This document shows positions 38,145 through 50,654 of a stretch of DNA of 64,000 nt, piece after piece. Position 1 is the stretch's first letter, and every line of letters starts with the position of its first letter. The stretch covers positions 47,616,001 to 47,680,000 of the forward strand of contig NC_043006.1 in the NCBI RefSeq assembly GCF_006345805.1. The letters run 5' to 3'. The stretch comes from Octopus sinensis. Taxonomy: Eukaryota. Below the pieces are notes generated by a model. The model was not told the origin of the DNA. It ran no database searches and worked only from the letters and a program-made list of their open reading frames with translations. A program made the position numbers and the translations under genes.

Positions 38145-38387
38145 TCTGATGCATATAGTTGCCTGTCTAGGTATGCTTATATATACTTAAATGATAATCT
38201 TCTGGATAGTTTTACAGATTTTTATAGTTCCATTGATGGCTTAGATTTGTAGTCTTGGAATCAGCCTACTCCTTTCTAGTTTTGAAAAGTCTAATTTGGC
38301 AAGTTTCGTATGTAGGCAGTGTATTACATATCCCAACATCCTAATGATTACAGGTACAAATCTGAACGTATAATCTGGACAGAGTAA
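38145..38387 (-). mobile_element. Short 3' fragment of an RLE non-LTR element between (TATG)n tracts
   Basis: LCPDYTFRFVPVIIRMLGYVIHCL; (TATG)n at 38025-38070 and 38388-38560. Confidence 0.65.
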
Positions 38388-38445
38388 TGTATGTATGTAT
38401 GTATGTATGTATGTATGTATGTATGTATGTATGCATGTATGCATG

Positions 38446-38476
<31 letters not shown>

Positions 38477-38899
38477 GTATGTATGTATGCATGTATGCAT
38501 GTATGTATGTATGTATGTATGTATGTATGTATGTATGTATGTATGTATGTATGTATGCATGTTTTATGTATACATATTGAATGGAAGTTTGAATAAGTTC
38601 CAGACTGAAGATTTGTGGGCGCGTAGAAGGCGGCAAATGCATCAGATATCAAGACACGAATAAGACATTTGATCCTGAATTAAGATGGATTCTAGATATT
38701 AGTCCTCTGTTGGTTAGCTCAGTTCACGAGGTGCTAATTCTGTAGAAGTGACACTGCATATGTCTTGATTCTTAGTAGAAATTGCCTGGACAGGATCTTC
38801 GGATATTAGCTGAAAACTCTTGCCATGCTAGCGGCAACATCTTTTCATATATAAATATATGCAGTTGATCCATATGCTATCTCTTTTCTTCCAAAGTCA

Positions 38900-39558
38900 T
38901 GTTCTAGCTCACTGACACTGTTTACAGCAGTGCTTGGAAGGAAGTTGTGTAGCGTGTGATCGTCTAATTGACCATAAAGAGAAAGTTGTTATGGCGTTAC
39001 CTGCTCAGAGCCCGAGGCAAAGTTCCAGAAAGTTTATAAAGAGGAGTTTATGAGCTGCACACAAGTGCATGAGGGGTTCAGACATTTCCAAGATGGTCGA
39101 AAAAATGTCGACTTTCATGAATGCTCTGTGAGACCCGCGACCAGCAGTACTGAGAAAAAACATCGCAGATGTGCGTGCAGCTGTGAGGGGATATCGTCGA
39201 ATCACCATTCGTAAATTATCATAGGATATACAGATTAGTCACGCTTCACTTCAGTCCGTTATCATTGAAAATATGGGTATGCCAACTGTGTGTCAAAACT
39301 GCTTTCAGCTGACCGAAATGACACTGGGTTTCAGTTGCGAAGATCTCCTTAAATGTATGTCACGGACAATGCGACGATCACATACTAAAATCTTTCCTTC
39401 GAAGACACTGCTGTAAACAGCAGAAGTGAATTAGAGCGGTAACACTTAGTGCGCATGCCCAGCAGAGTTGGATGTTAATCTGTGCCAATCGGCTTTACTC
39501 TGCGTGCTTTAACTTCGTTACTATGGCAACAACACTGATACTTAATGATCAGACCATG
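38900..39558 (+). mobile_element. Mariner-derived element: 5' end, N-terminal transposase relic and an inverted second 5' end
   Basis: KVYKEEFMSCTQVHEGFRHFQDGRKNV...RRITIRKLS (mariner HTH region); 39400-39558 is an inverted 5'-end-like segment homologous to 45101-45250. Confidence 0.6.
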
Positions 39559-39559
39559 C

Positions 39560-39604
<45 letters not shown>

Positions 39605-41662
39605 TGTGTGCGTCTCTCTCTTCATATATATATATATATATACATAAACACACACACACTATTTATACATAAATAAATATGTGGGAGCATGTGCGCTTGC
39701 ATGTATGTATTTATGTATTATAAGTGTATATATTTGCGAGTGTAATTATGTATTAGAGCTTTATGCATGTAGAAATTTATACACATGTCTACTGATATTT
39801 CAAAATAACTTTTCACCTTCTGAACAAAGAATGCTGCTCAAAAGGTCAGGTTACCATAAACATTGGCACCACCTTTTGAAAATTTTGATATGTAACTACC
39901 GCTCGCAAACCAAATCAATTTCTGACCTCATTTCTAAAATATATATATTAGTCACTGATTTTAACTGCATATTGCACTTGGGAAACCGCAATAGTGCACT
40001 TGTGTTCAGACAGGGAGTGTTCTATTACATCTCTTGCGCAATTAGTATGCTTGCGAGATCTCCCCTTACACTGAGATACAGTGCTTCCATAATACTTTTC
40101 TTTATTTTCTTTTATACCTTCGCAACGAGTCCTCCCTCTCTCTCTCCATCTCTCCCCTCCCCCCCTCTCTCTCTCTCTCGAATTCTTCTTGTTTTATATT
40201 TTAACCGAAAAAAGTGGAAATTTTTATTTTTTAAATATCACAAGGAAAAGCTTATGAAAAAAATTGATATTTCCTGATAATTGTCACTTCACACTTGCAG
40301 GTGAAAGTATCTGGTAACCTACTTCGAAGGAATTTTTAGAAATTACTGCTTTGGAAAATATTATAATACAGGAATCATGTATATGTTTGTGAGTTTGTGT
40401 GTGAGTGGGTATATGTGTACTTTATGTGCTTTTCCTTAAATATTTTTGATTGAAATTCTCGAATTATTTAAGGTAAAACGATATCATTAAGTAAGATTTC
40501 CTTTCCCGTCGCATATGTATTATATTATGACTGATTTGGGTGATTGTTTCTACTAAATATACTCATTGAAAATCAATATTCAATCAGTTAGAAAGCAATA
40601 TCAAACCTGTTGTTGCTGCCGAGACGGTTCACTTCAAAAGTCTTTATATATAAATCCGTCTGTAATTTAAGAGACTAGGAAGAGCATCGGATTAATCTTC
40701 AAACGTCTTACGCCCAGAGAGTCCTTGAGTGCAAATCCGGCAAGCGACGGTCGAATTTGCATAATAGATATCCGGGATTGGTAAAATAATTAAAAGCTAT
40801 GTCGCTCAAATTGAAAATATATACACTTTCGAACAATCATACTTTTTTTGTTTTGTCTTAGGCCTGATGATTAAAATGCATATTTTTGAGATCATTATTT
40901 TCTCTTCATTATGTCTGTATATGACGGCCGAGATTAATTTCCCCGTTGTTATGCATTCGAATTTTGCGAAATGCAAATGTCTCATTTCCCTCGTACTGCT
41001 ACTACTACTACTACTATTAGGATTGTATAAGCGCTAAAACACATACAAACATACACATATACATATGTATAGATACACACAAACACATACACACGCGCGC
41101 GCACATATATAAGAATATGAGAAACTTGGCTTACTTTTCTTTAGTATGTCCAGCCACTATCTCGATGGATTGTATAATATTTATATTTAACATTGATAGA
41201 ATTCTTCTCATTTTGGTAAGAAGATTCTTGTGTCAAATCTGCAGAACAATTCTACACAGACTCAACTGAGAACTAATTGTTGCTAATTTGTCTAAGGTAC
41301 ATAAACCTACATAACTAAATATCGTTTTAAATTTTGATTGAAGCCTGATTTTCGGAGAATGCATTGGTTGTTGTCAATTATATTATACTTTACTGGTATT
41401 TCATTTTATCGATCGTAGACAGCCCAATGGTAAGTTTACCGTGATGGGATTTGAACTCCGAATATAAAGTTCCAGAAGAATTATCGCAGCATATTGTCAG
41501 ACGCTCGTGAGATTCTGCAAATGGCATTATATTTTGAGGAAATATATGCAACCGAGGAAATGTAGCTTTGTACAATGCCAGATTCTGTCTGGCCAGAAAA
41601 AAATTGAACTGAATATAAAGTTCATAAAATCCATGTGACAGATTTTGAATAATGGAACTATG

Positions 41663-41955
41663 AGTGGCTTAGTGGTTAGGGTAATCGGTTCACAATTGGA
41701 AGATCGTCAGTTCGATTCCCGACGGAGCAGTGTCCTGAAGCAAGACGCTTTAGTTCACAATGCTCCAGTTCACTCAGATGGCAAAAATGAGTTGTTCCTT
41801 TACATCAAAGAGCCGGTCTTATCACGCTGAATCTACCTGAGAACTACGTTATCTGGACACGCGTCTGAGGTGTGCTCAGCCCCTTGAACTTGAGCAGGCC
41901 GTTCCGTTGATCGGATCAACTGGAACCTTCGTCGTCGCAACTGAGGGTGTGCCGG
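41663..41955 (+). mobile_element. SINE (family C-like)
   Basis: gtggcttagtggttagggta...ttcgattccc; the tail is homologous to 56195-56330. Confidence 0.7.
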
Positions 41956-44499
41956 TTATACAACAATGCATTTACGTAGAACTACGAATAATTCGTTCTA
42001 ACATAGGCACTATGATGGAAGGCTATAGTCGATTAATTTATTACAGATTATATGACGTTTACTTATATTTTCGGTCAGGTGTAGAGGGATAATAAACTAG
42101 GTTTAACATTTTACTTCAGTATGTAAGCGTCATATTATTATATGGATGTAAACATTCAAGCATGTGATATTGACTTCTAAGAGGAATGCAAATTTCGAAG
42201 GAAGAGACATGTAATTTAATCTCATTAGGTGAAGTTGACTAATTTCATCTTTAGCAAAACAATGATATATAGAGCTGACCCCGTGGGAATTTGATCAAAG
42301 AACGTAAAGGGACTAAGCTAAGTACTGGAAGCCATTTTGTCTGGTGATTCTACGATTCTAACTAGGCACTTCACTTCTGAAGATTTATTCAAATTAGAGC
42401 TAGTCTCCTTTTCCCCGCATATATTTATAAACGCTTCTTATTCGATTGCCTAATTTTCAAAACATTCCTATTATGAAGTAGGCTATTTTCTTCCTACGAA
42501 AAATCATTGTCAGATTACGGCGAAAATAACCCAAGATGTCTGCACCAAATTACAACGTGCACATAAAAGTATCGCTATAAATAAACTTCGTTTTCCCATT
42601 AAGATCGGCCAGCTGAACCACATATTGCTATCAGCTCTAAACAACCTGAAAAAATGTCTGCAATTTATCTCCATAAACAATAGCAACTTTTTTTTTCTTT
42701 TAGCAAGTTCCTCTGGATATTATCGTATCGTTGTCTCAAAACTTTTTAATTAGGAAATTATTATTGCGTGACCAAATGGAGAGATTCAATCACAGTCTCT
42801 ATACTAGTATACTTCTTTTATTCTTATAATAGGCTATTAGAAGTGATTTGGCACTTAATTAGAGCTTTTAATTCCCTCGCTTCTGGGAAGAAAGAATGAA
42901 GTGAATGGCGGCTTTCCTTAATACTGCATATTGAATTTTGGATGAATGAAAACCAATAATAATAACAGTAAACACTGAAATTAATAACAGCGAATTCTCT
43001 TCTTTAGAGTTCATTTTTTTCTTCTTTCTTCTTTTCCGCTTTTGTTTAATGCTAGGGTATTAATCTGGTTCATGTGTCTGTGCTGTTGCTGTGGTTGTTG
43101 TTGGTATCATACAGATTGTTATAGATACGTTTCATTGAAGTAAGATATTTATGGAATCCATATAAATTGATTATTGAGTACTGATAGTCGTAATAGGTTG
43201 TAGTGTTTTTATTTCTATTATTAGTACAAACTAGTGGAATGGAATAGTATAATATGTTTTATTATTTTGTTCGAGCCGTGTTTTGCATTATCTTATATTA
43301 TTTTGTTGCGTTTGACGTGGAATTCTTCAAATTTTACCACGTGTCATCAGTCCCAAATTTTAGTCTTGTGCCAATGAGAATAACAATTATTTTCATGCAG
43401 CCGCTGATATTATTGATAAAGAAGGTAGTGGTGGTGGTGGTGGTGGTGGTGGTGGTGGTGATGGTGGTGGTAAAACGCTTTACATGTAAGTGAGATCTTA
43501 CTGATATGAGATTAACCTTTTCCTAATTTCCAATGATTTTTTCAAATAAATATTCCTTTTCTTTCCACGAAAGTAAGCATATAGATCCAACCACATTATC
43601 ATCTGACTTATTCTCTTTTTAAGAAAATGAGACATGATCTGAGAGAGATTTAGCTGCTATTTCCAACAGGCAACGGAGCTGCCTAGATGTTACCTTCTTG
43701 GCTTGCAATGAACCCCATATTTATGTTAACAGAAAAGATTACATGATTCATGTTAAAAGAAAACGTTACACAACTCATGTTTAAATAAAATTCCATAATT
43801 ACAGCCTATCCGAAGAAATAATTGATTTGACTCCCCTCCTGCCTAAAAAAAAACACTCAGATCGCTCAGAAATAATTCAACTCAATAAAAGATTAAAACA
43901 ACAGGGAGCACACAGTTGAAATGTGGGGATCATATTTCGTGCTGGATGTTCATAGCCTGAAACGTAACATTTTGAAAACACGAGCCCCTGTATTATGGAT
44001 TTCTGAGCTTGAAATAATAGCCAGAACTTTATAAAATAATAACTGTCATGAATAATGGGAAACGTATGGAGCAGTGTATAGAATATGTAAACTGGTTAGT
44101 AATATATAAGACAAGTAGGTAGGCAGGAAGTTCTCCCTTTGATCAATAACAGTCAAACATTTGATTGTATCTTATCGTAATATCTAGCCTGCTAGAAATG
44201 ATATCATACACACATAGAAGGTTTTCTACTGGAGATTGCATCGCGAGATGTCATCATGTGCTTACAACACACCGGCCATGAAAGAAAGTCCTCTTTCAGA
44301 TGGAATTGATGTCGCTAAGGAATTGACAATATTTCCTACCATGTGACTCGCCTTAACCAGTAGCAGTCTATCTTACGGTAGCCATATTGCACTTTCCGTA
44401 CCTCTCCATTCGGCATTCCAGAGGCCTGAAACAGTCGCGCTCCCGTTAAGGCCTACTAATTTTGAAGTGACACACAGCCGAATCAAATTGTTTCAAACA

Positions 44500-45080
44500 A
44501 TACGTTTAACTCCTAGATGTGTTGCTTCCAAAGAATAAGTCCTAGGGACGATTTGTTCGTCTAAAGGTGGCGCTCCAGCATGACCGCAGTCAAATGGCTG
44601 AAACCAATGAAAGAATAAAGGAATACATGCATACACACATGCATAAATTCGTATACACACATATATTTTATGCATGTGTATGTGCAGGAGTGGTTGTGTG
44701 GTAAGTAGCTTGTTTACCAACCACATAGTTCCGGGTTCAGTCCCACTGCGTAGCACCTTGGGCAAGTGTCTTCGACTATACCCTCGGGACGACCAAAGAC
44801 CCGAGAGAGGATTTTGTAAACGGAAACTGAAAGGAGCCCGTCGTATATATGTATATATATATATATATATATATGTATGCATGTGTGTGTGCGCTCGCGT
44901 GTGTGTTTGTATGTCTGTCCTCTCACTATCGTTTGACAACCGGTGCTAGTGTATTTACATGCCCGTAACTAGCGGTTCGGCAAAAGTGACCGATAGAATA
45001 AGTCTTGGGGTCGATTTGTTCGATTAAAATTCGGTGGTCCAGCACGGCGGCAGTCAAATGACTGAAACGAATTAAAAGGA
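44500..45080. mobile_element. Family A SINE 3' part (minus, 44500-44620) and full copy (plus, 44685-45080)
   Basis: Direct homology to family A. Confidence 0.8.
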
Positions 45081-45100
45081 TAAAAGAATATATATGTGTG

Positions 45101-45950
45101 TGTGGTCTTATCAATAAATAGCTGGACTGTTGCCATAGTAACAAAGCTAAAGCATGTAGAGTTAAGTCGCTTGGCACGGATTGACCGTAAACACTCTTGT
45201 GCATGTGGATTAAGTTTTAACGTTCTGACTCACTTCCGCTGTTTACAGCAGTGATTGGAATGAACGTGTGTAGCGAGTGATCGTCACATTGACCACGACA
45301 GGCAAAGTTGAGCAGACAATCTGCATAATCGTTTGCCAAAAGCTTGGCAATACCCGCTCAGGGACCTAGGCAAAGTTTTGAAACAGTTTTCAAAGTTCTT
45401 GACACAATCAAAAACTTGTGCAACTGAACCCCGAGTGTCTTCTTGGTCAGCTGGAAACAGTTTTTGTAGACACGCGTCTCATAACCAAATCTTCAGTGAT
45501 AAAGGACTAAACTGAACCATAACTCATCTGTATAACTTCACACATCTGCACACACATCTGCGATGATTTTCTCTGTTCTGCTAGCTGCGGCTCTCCTAGA
45601 ACGTTCTTCAAAATCGACATTTTTTTTGGCAATCTTGGAAACGTCTTAAAATCTCGTGCACTTGTGTGCTGCTCATACACTCCTCACCATACCCTTTCTG
45701 GAACGTTGCGTAGGCCTCTGAACCGGTATCAGCATTTCAACTTTCTCTCGCTTGGTCAACGCGACATTCACATGCTACACACCTTTCTCCCAAGCGCTAG
45801 TGTGAAGAGCGGAAGTGAGCTAGAACGTAAAAAGATTATGCACTAGCACAGCATATTTCAAGCTCAGTTTTTGTCGAGCAGTTACACTCGGAGTGCTTTA
45901 ACTTTCATTACTTTGGCTACAGTCCAGGTATTCATTGATCAGCCTTCGCG
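45101..45950 (-). mobile_element. Mariner-derived non-autonomous element with two inward-facing 5' ends
   Basis: Termini tgtggtcttatcaataaatagctggactg and (rev-comp) cgcgaaggctgatcaatgaatacctggactg; ctcacttccgct...tgtgtagc occurs on both arms; transposase relic on the minus strand. Confidence 0.6.
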
Positions 45951-46149
45951 TATATATATATATATATAAACATAGATATAAATATAAATATATATATATA
46001 GATACTTTACATATTTGTATATATATGTATATGATTTTTAAACACACACAAATATGCACATACATGCACAGATGCATAAATACATACACGAGTATGTATA
46101 TATATATATATATATATGTATAAGGATGAAAAGGAACACACGAGTTGAT

Positions 46150-46333
46150 ATATATGAAAAAACAAGTTAAGATAGAAAATGCTAAAATAATTTTTTCTAA
46201 AGAACATTTCAGTACCGGTTTCAGGCATTTGAGACCTTTTCAACTGGAACGATTAAATAATTAACTTTACAAAAATTAAAAGAAAATGTTTTTTAAAAGA
46301 ATATTTGTATAGTGTCCAAATATAAGTGGCATT
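46150..46333 (-). repeat. Left arm of a ~180-bp inverted repeat; contains a minimal hammerhead-like motif at 46210-46246
   Basis: Reverse complement of 47716-47887. Motif CAG-UUGAAAA-GGUC ucaaau GCCU-GAAA-CCGG-UA|CUG. Confidence 0.85.
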
Positions 46334-46347
46334 ATTCAGAGACCATC

Positions 46348-47668
46348 TATCAAACTAATTCAATCAACTATGGTGGTGAGACGGCATAACTACGAAACAA
46401 TGGTAGGGAATTTGACAGACCAGGCCGCGAAATTTTTTTCCCACGACAGTTCAGGACCCCATTTATGAACTTACTTGCATACAGCCAATCAGAGATCAAA
46501 TATCAAACTAATTTAATCAACTATGGTGGTGACACGGGACTTTGACAGACCAGGCCGCGAAATTTTTTTCCCACGAATGTTCCGGACCCTATTTATGAAC
46601 TTATTTGCATACAGCCAATCAGAGATCAACTATCAAACTAATTTAATCAAAGATGGTGTTGAAACGGCGTGACTACGAAACGATGGTCGGGAATTTGACA
46701 GACCAGGACGCGAAATTTTTTTCCCACGAGATTTCCGGACCCCATTTATGAACTTATTTGCATACAGCCAATCAGAGATCAACTATCAAACTAATTTAAT
46801 CAAAGATGGTGTTGAAACGGCGTGGCTACGAAACGATGGTCGGGAATTTGACAGACCAGGACGCGAAATTTTTTTCCCACGAGATTTCCGGACCCCATTT
46901 ATGAACTTATTTGCATACAGCCAATCAGAGATCAACTATCAAACTAATTTAATCGAATATGGTGGTGACACGGTGTGACTACGAAACAATGGTCGGGAAT
47001 TTGACAGACCGGGCCGCGAAATTTTTTTCCCACGACAGTTCAGGACCCCATTTATGAACTTATTTGCATACAGCCAATCAGAGATCAAATATCAAACTAA
47101 TTTAATCAACTATGGTAGTGACACGCCGTGACTACGAAACAATGGTCGGGACTTTGACAGACCAGGCCGCGAAATTTTTTTCCGACGAATGTTCCGGACC
47201 CTATTTATGAACTTATTTGCATACAGCCAATCAGAGATCAACTATCAAACTAATTTAATCAAAGATAGTGTTGAAACGGCGTGACTACGAAACGATGGTC
47301 GGGAATTTGACAGACCAGGACGCGAAATTTTTTCCCACGAGAGTTCCGGACCCCATTTATTAACTTATTTGCATACAGCCAATCAGAGATCAACTATCAA
47401 ACTAATTTAATCGACTATGGTGGTGACACGGTGTGACTACGAAAATATGGTCGGGACTTTGACAGACCAGGCCGCGAAATTTTTTTCCCACGAGAGTTCC
47501 GCACCCCATTTATGAACTTATTTGCATACAGCCAATCAGAGATCAACTATCAAACTAATTTAATCGACTATGGTGGTGACACGGCGTGTCTACGAAACAA
47601 TGGTCGGGTCTTTGACAGACCGGGCCACGAAATTTTTTTCCCACGAGAGTTCCGGACCCCATTTATGA
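46348..47668. repeat. 153-bp tandem satellite, ~8.8 units
   Basis: Unit starts at 46348, 46501, 46631 (unit 2 has a 23-bp deletion), 46784, 46937, 47090, 47243, 47395 and 47548. Confidence 0.95.
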
Positions 47669-47715
47669 TCCCACAATTGTAAACAAGAGAGACAGAGAAA
47701 GGCAGAAACAAGGAA

Positions 47716-47887
47716 ATTGTCACTTATATTTGAACACTATACAAATATTCTTTTAAAAAACCTTTTCTTTTAATTTTTCTAAATTTTCGTTACAGTTGAA
47801 AAGGTTTCAAATGACTGAAACCGGTACTGAAATGTTCTTTAGAAAATTATTTTAGCATTTTCTATCTTGACTTGTTTTTTCATATAT
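47716..47887 (+). repeat. Right arm of the inverted repeat; contains a minimal hammerhead-like motif at 47793-47829
   Basis: CAG-UUGAAAA-GGUU ucaaau GACU-GAAA-CCGG-UA|CUG. Confidence 0.85.
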
Positions 47888-47990
47888 TTATATATACATA
47901 TATATATATGTATGTATGTATATATGTATATGTATAGATCACGAGCCACTACACATTCTTTATTTTCTCTCCTTGTTCCTTTCTGTGTTC

Positions 47991-48028
47991 CTTTCTGTGG
48001 AAGAGCGTAGGCTCGAAACGTTAAAGAA
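47991..48028 (+). ncRNA. Hammerhead-like motif with a non-canonical 5' core
   Basis: CUUU-CUGUGGAA-GAGC guag GCUC-GAAA-CGUU-AAAG: perfect stem II and a palindromic AACGUU, but the core is not CUGANGA. Confidence 0.3.
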
Positions 48029-48623
48029 TTTTTTTTATTTCCCGAGCGTTATACTGATACATCTGTTTGTTGTCTTCGTCTTTTGTTATTTTTTGTGAAT
48101 TCTCCGTACATATATATATATATATATTATATATATATATACAGTCATACATACCAAGCTACTTATATTAGATATTCTATCTGTATTTCTCTGGCTTCTT
48201 CTGTGCATTAATGCAGACTCCACTTTATGTGCGGCGGATATAGAAGATACTTTTATCATTTCCTTCAATGTTTTCCCCACATATTTTCCATACAAAGCAC
48301 TGACGAACAAGGGTATTTTGGAAGAAATTTGATAGATATATCTATGCCTAATAGTGAAAACAACTCAAAGTATAATTGTTCCATATTAATAGAGGTTAAC
48401 TGCACCAGAACACTCTAGGAATTCACAGAAGTAACAACGAAAATGGAGCATCAACAAATTTCTTTATTCGAATAACGCAGCATGTAAATTAAGAAGAGGC
48501 ATCAAAAATATTTATAATATCCAACTGTGTACAGGTGAACATGCTAAAAATCAATAAACCCTCGATCAGTCCTCACCACCTCCTTTTCTTTCTCATATAT
48601 ATGTTTGTATGCTCGTACGTGCA

Positions 48624-48670
<47 letters not shown>

Positions 48671-48818
48671 GTGTGTGATTGTGTCTTTTTGCATTTATAT
48701 GTTTGCGTGTCTGCGTGTGTATGTGTCCACGTAGCTGTATATATATTATATATTATTTCTGTAATTGTATAACTATGTATATTAGTTATATATTTGTATA
48801 AATATGAATTTATATACT

Positions 48819-48857
<39 letters not shown>

Positions 48858-49329
48858 ATATATTTATATGTGTATATATATGTGTGTGTGAGAGAGTGTG
48901 TGTATGTGTGTGTGTGTTTTTATTGAATGTGTTTGCATTATGAGTGTACACAGTTTTCAACGTAATGCATCGTTTGTCAGGTATGAACTAATTAATGTAT
49001 TCTTTGATACTCTAAACATGTCGGAATCGATATACATATATATATACATGTGTGTGTGTGTATACGTATATGTATTTATATGTATATATATATATATATA
49101 TGTATGTATATATATGTATAAATATATACATATACTTATATATATATATATGTACATATCTATATATATATACATATATTTATATATATATATATATATA
49201 TACAGGTATATATATATATATGTGTGTGTGTATATATGTGTATGTATATGTCTGTGTGTGTGCATGCGCTCGTGCGTGTGTGCGTGTGCGTACAAGGAAT
49301 AATTTGAATTCAACACTTTACCAATCACT

Positions 49330-49900
49330 GACTTCGTTAGACAGTCTGGCGAATCAAACTTTCGGTAAATTTCTTTGCCGCTCTGAACACTTTCTTTGTT
49401 TGAATCTGTTCTTCAATATATTGATTGAACCGTCAATAAATGCATAAAAAATGTATCAATATTTTATTTATATAACTTTACTTGGAAGCGTGCAACATTA
49501 ACAATTTTCTTCCGATTGGAGATTTTATTATGAGAAACATGAAACAGTTTTTAAAATATTTAATATAATTTTCTTTACTATATGAGTTATGCATTATTTT
49601 TAATCCACTGCTTTACATTATATTAATTTATATCTCCCTATGCTCTCTGTTTATTGAGCTCTTTGTTAGAGTGTAGAACGGGAAAATATTTCCGCGTTGT
49701 ATTTTTGCAAATACTTATAAATTTTTGCCCCAGGCATAGGTTAACCATAAAGGTGTTGATATACATTGCTGGAGATCTACTGCACGAAAAAACCAAAATA
49801 CATAAATATAAAGGGTTGGGTTCACTGTCATTTCGAATTAATATTGACAACTCGTCTCTTACGCAGAAGTGCCTCGGGTCTGCATATAACACAATTCACT
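49330..49900 (-). pseudogene. Degenerate Penelope-like element linker/GIY-YIG fragment
   Basis: NLCLGQKFISICKNTTRKYFPVLHSNKELNK and FIDGSINILKNRFKQRKCS parallel the 28640-29400 relic. Confidence 0.5.
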
Positions 49901-50654
49901 TCAATAAGTTTCATTTCCCTCGAGCTAAAGAGAGGTTCTGCTGTGTTTTTAATATACAGTAAACTAACAGAAATATGTACACATCTTGGGTATACAACAC
50001 ATACTTATATTAATATATTTACCACGAGATATTGTTTTTTTTTCTTTAAATTCAGTCAGACTACATAAAATATATTAATATATATATTTCCCTAAGCTAC
50101 AACAATATTGGGATCTGCAGAACAATCCAGCTTAAGAAAATACGGCATTGTCGTATTGCGTGAAATTAGGGAAATGTATAAATATGGATGTTAGTGTGTG
50201 TGTATGTGTGTATTGCACATATGTATTAAGATATTTACAAATAAGAATCTGTTAAATCATAACTATAAGTATTTCCTATCTAGCAGGGAAGAATTTTATA
50301 TCGCATATATTGAAAAATAGCTGCCAAGCCCTAATATCTGTCAGATTGGAATTTAGTAGTGTTATCGAAATGTAGATACACACGAAGACTGAAAAGTTTT
50401 CAAGTGTCCAGAGGAGAAGTATTCAAGAAGTAGTTTGACGTCAACTGCTAATCGTCTTTCTCCTTTAGTCTTCTTGTATTTTCCTTACACCTGTTTCTTT
50501 GTTTGCCTGTAGAAGAGTGAAATACAGAGATAGAGTATTAGAGAATTATAAGAAAGAAATAGAGAGTGTGTTGGGAAGGACAAAGTGACAGATGGGAAAT
50601 ATAAAGGAGGGGGAATTCATGTAAGAACTGAAACGGGAGGGAATTCGCTTGGAA

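Noticed and set aside
44200-44490. Possible gypsy RT relic on the minus strand
   Set aside because: Similarity by eye is too weak to support.
46748-46978. 76-aa ORF in the 153-bp (51-codon) satellite
   Set aside because: It is open only because one unit has TGG where most have TGA; not a conserved coding repeat.
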